Notes under the pieces: generated by a model
What the model was told of the DNA's origin: nothing
Database searches by the model: none
Seen by the model: the letters and a program-made list of their open reading frames with translations, nothing else
Part shown: one piece after another, positions 63,751 to 64,000 of the stretch
Layout of the letters: each line of letters starts with the position of its first letter
Position numbering within the stretch: the first letter of the stretch is position 1
Assembly (NCBI RefSeq): GCF_001194135.2
Contig: NC_068989.1
Coordinates: 9,401,560 to 9,465,559, forward strand
DNA length: 64,000 nucleotides
Direction: 5' to 3'
From: Octopus bimaculoides
Taxonomy: Eukaryota
Made by a program: the position numbers and the translations under genes

Positions 63751-63814
63751 TAAATTCTGCTCGTCCTTCGATTTTCATCAGCTGTTGTATTTTCAGTGAA
63801 ACGGTGGCTTATTT
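63699..63814. repeat. Imperfect 41-42-bp inverted repeat with 33-nt loop
   Basis: AAATAAGCCACCATTTTACTGAAAATACAACAAGCTGACGAA versus TTCATCAGCTGTTGTATTTTCAGTGAAACGGTGGCTTATTT. Confidence 0.9.
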
Positions 63815-63966
63815 TTCGACTTTTATTTCTAGCAACGCTGGTACTTCGTGTACCCTCAATTATAATTAATTATAACTTTATAAATTTGCCTTTTTGGCTT
63901 TAATGCTCGTTGGCCATTTATATTATTGTTACTATTATTTATTATTAATGATAATAATAATATCTT

Positions 63967-64000
<34 letters not shown>

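Overview
AT-rich animal genomic DNA with about 15 N-gaps and dense microsatellites ((TA)n, (TG)n, (ATT)n, (GAT)n, (GAA)n, (GATA)n). The repeat repertoire points to a coleoid cephalopod, most likely Octopus; this is an inference from recognisable tRNA-derived SINE families and R4/Dong, RTE and Penelope-type relics. There is no intact long ORF. The long ORFs in the track are artefacts of simple repeats or N runs. Real coding signal is limited to (i) transposon relics: mariner, IS630/Tc1-like, R4/Dong RLE, RTE, a SAP+SWIM protein, and one Helitron RepHel scattered in order over about 8 kb; and (ii) two phase-compatible candidate host exons on + (6383-6530, 17696-17765). The most notable unannotated signals are a canonical type I hammerhead ribozyme at 51234-51283, two further hammerhead motifs, and a 152-bp tandem/inverted unit with a hammerhead-like core. 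Also notable are a (TAA)n-targeted non-coding element that forms chimeras with R4/Dong, several long hairpins, and a TATA box plus candidate first exon whose 5' splice site sits in the loop of an exon-intron hairpin (63561-63814). Family labels SINE-A, SINE-B, repeat-C, element D and SINE-E are my own working names. All alignments were done by eye, and most TE boundaries are approximate.
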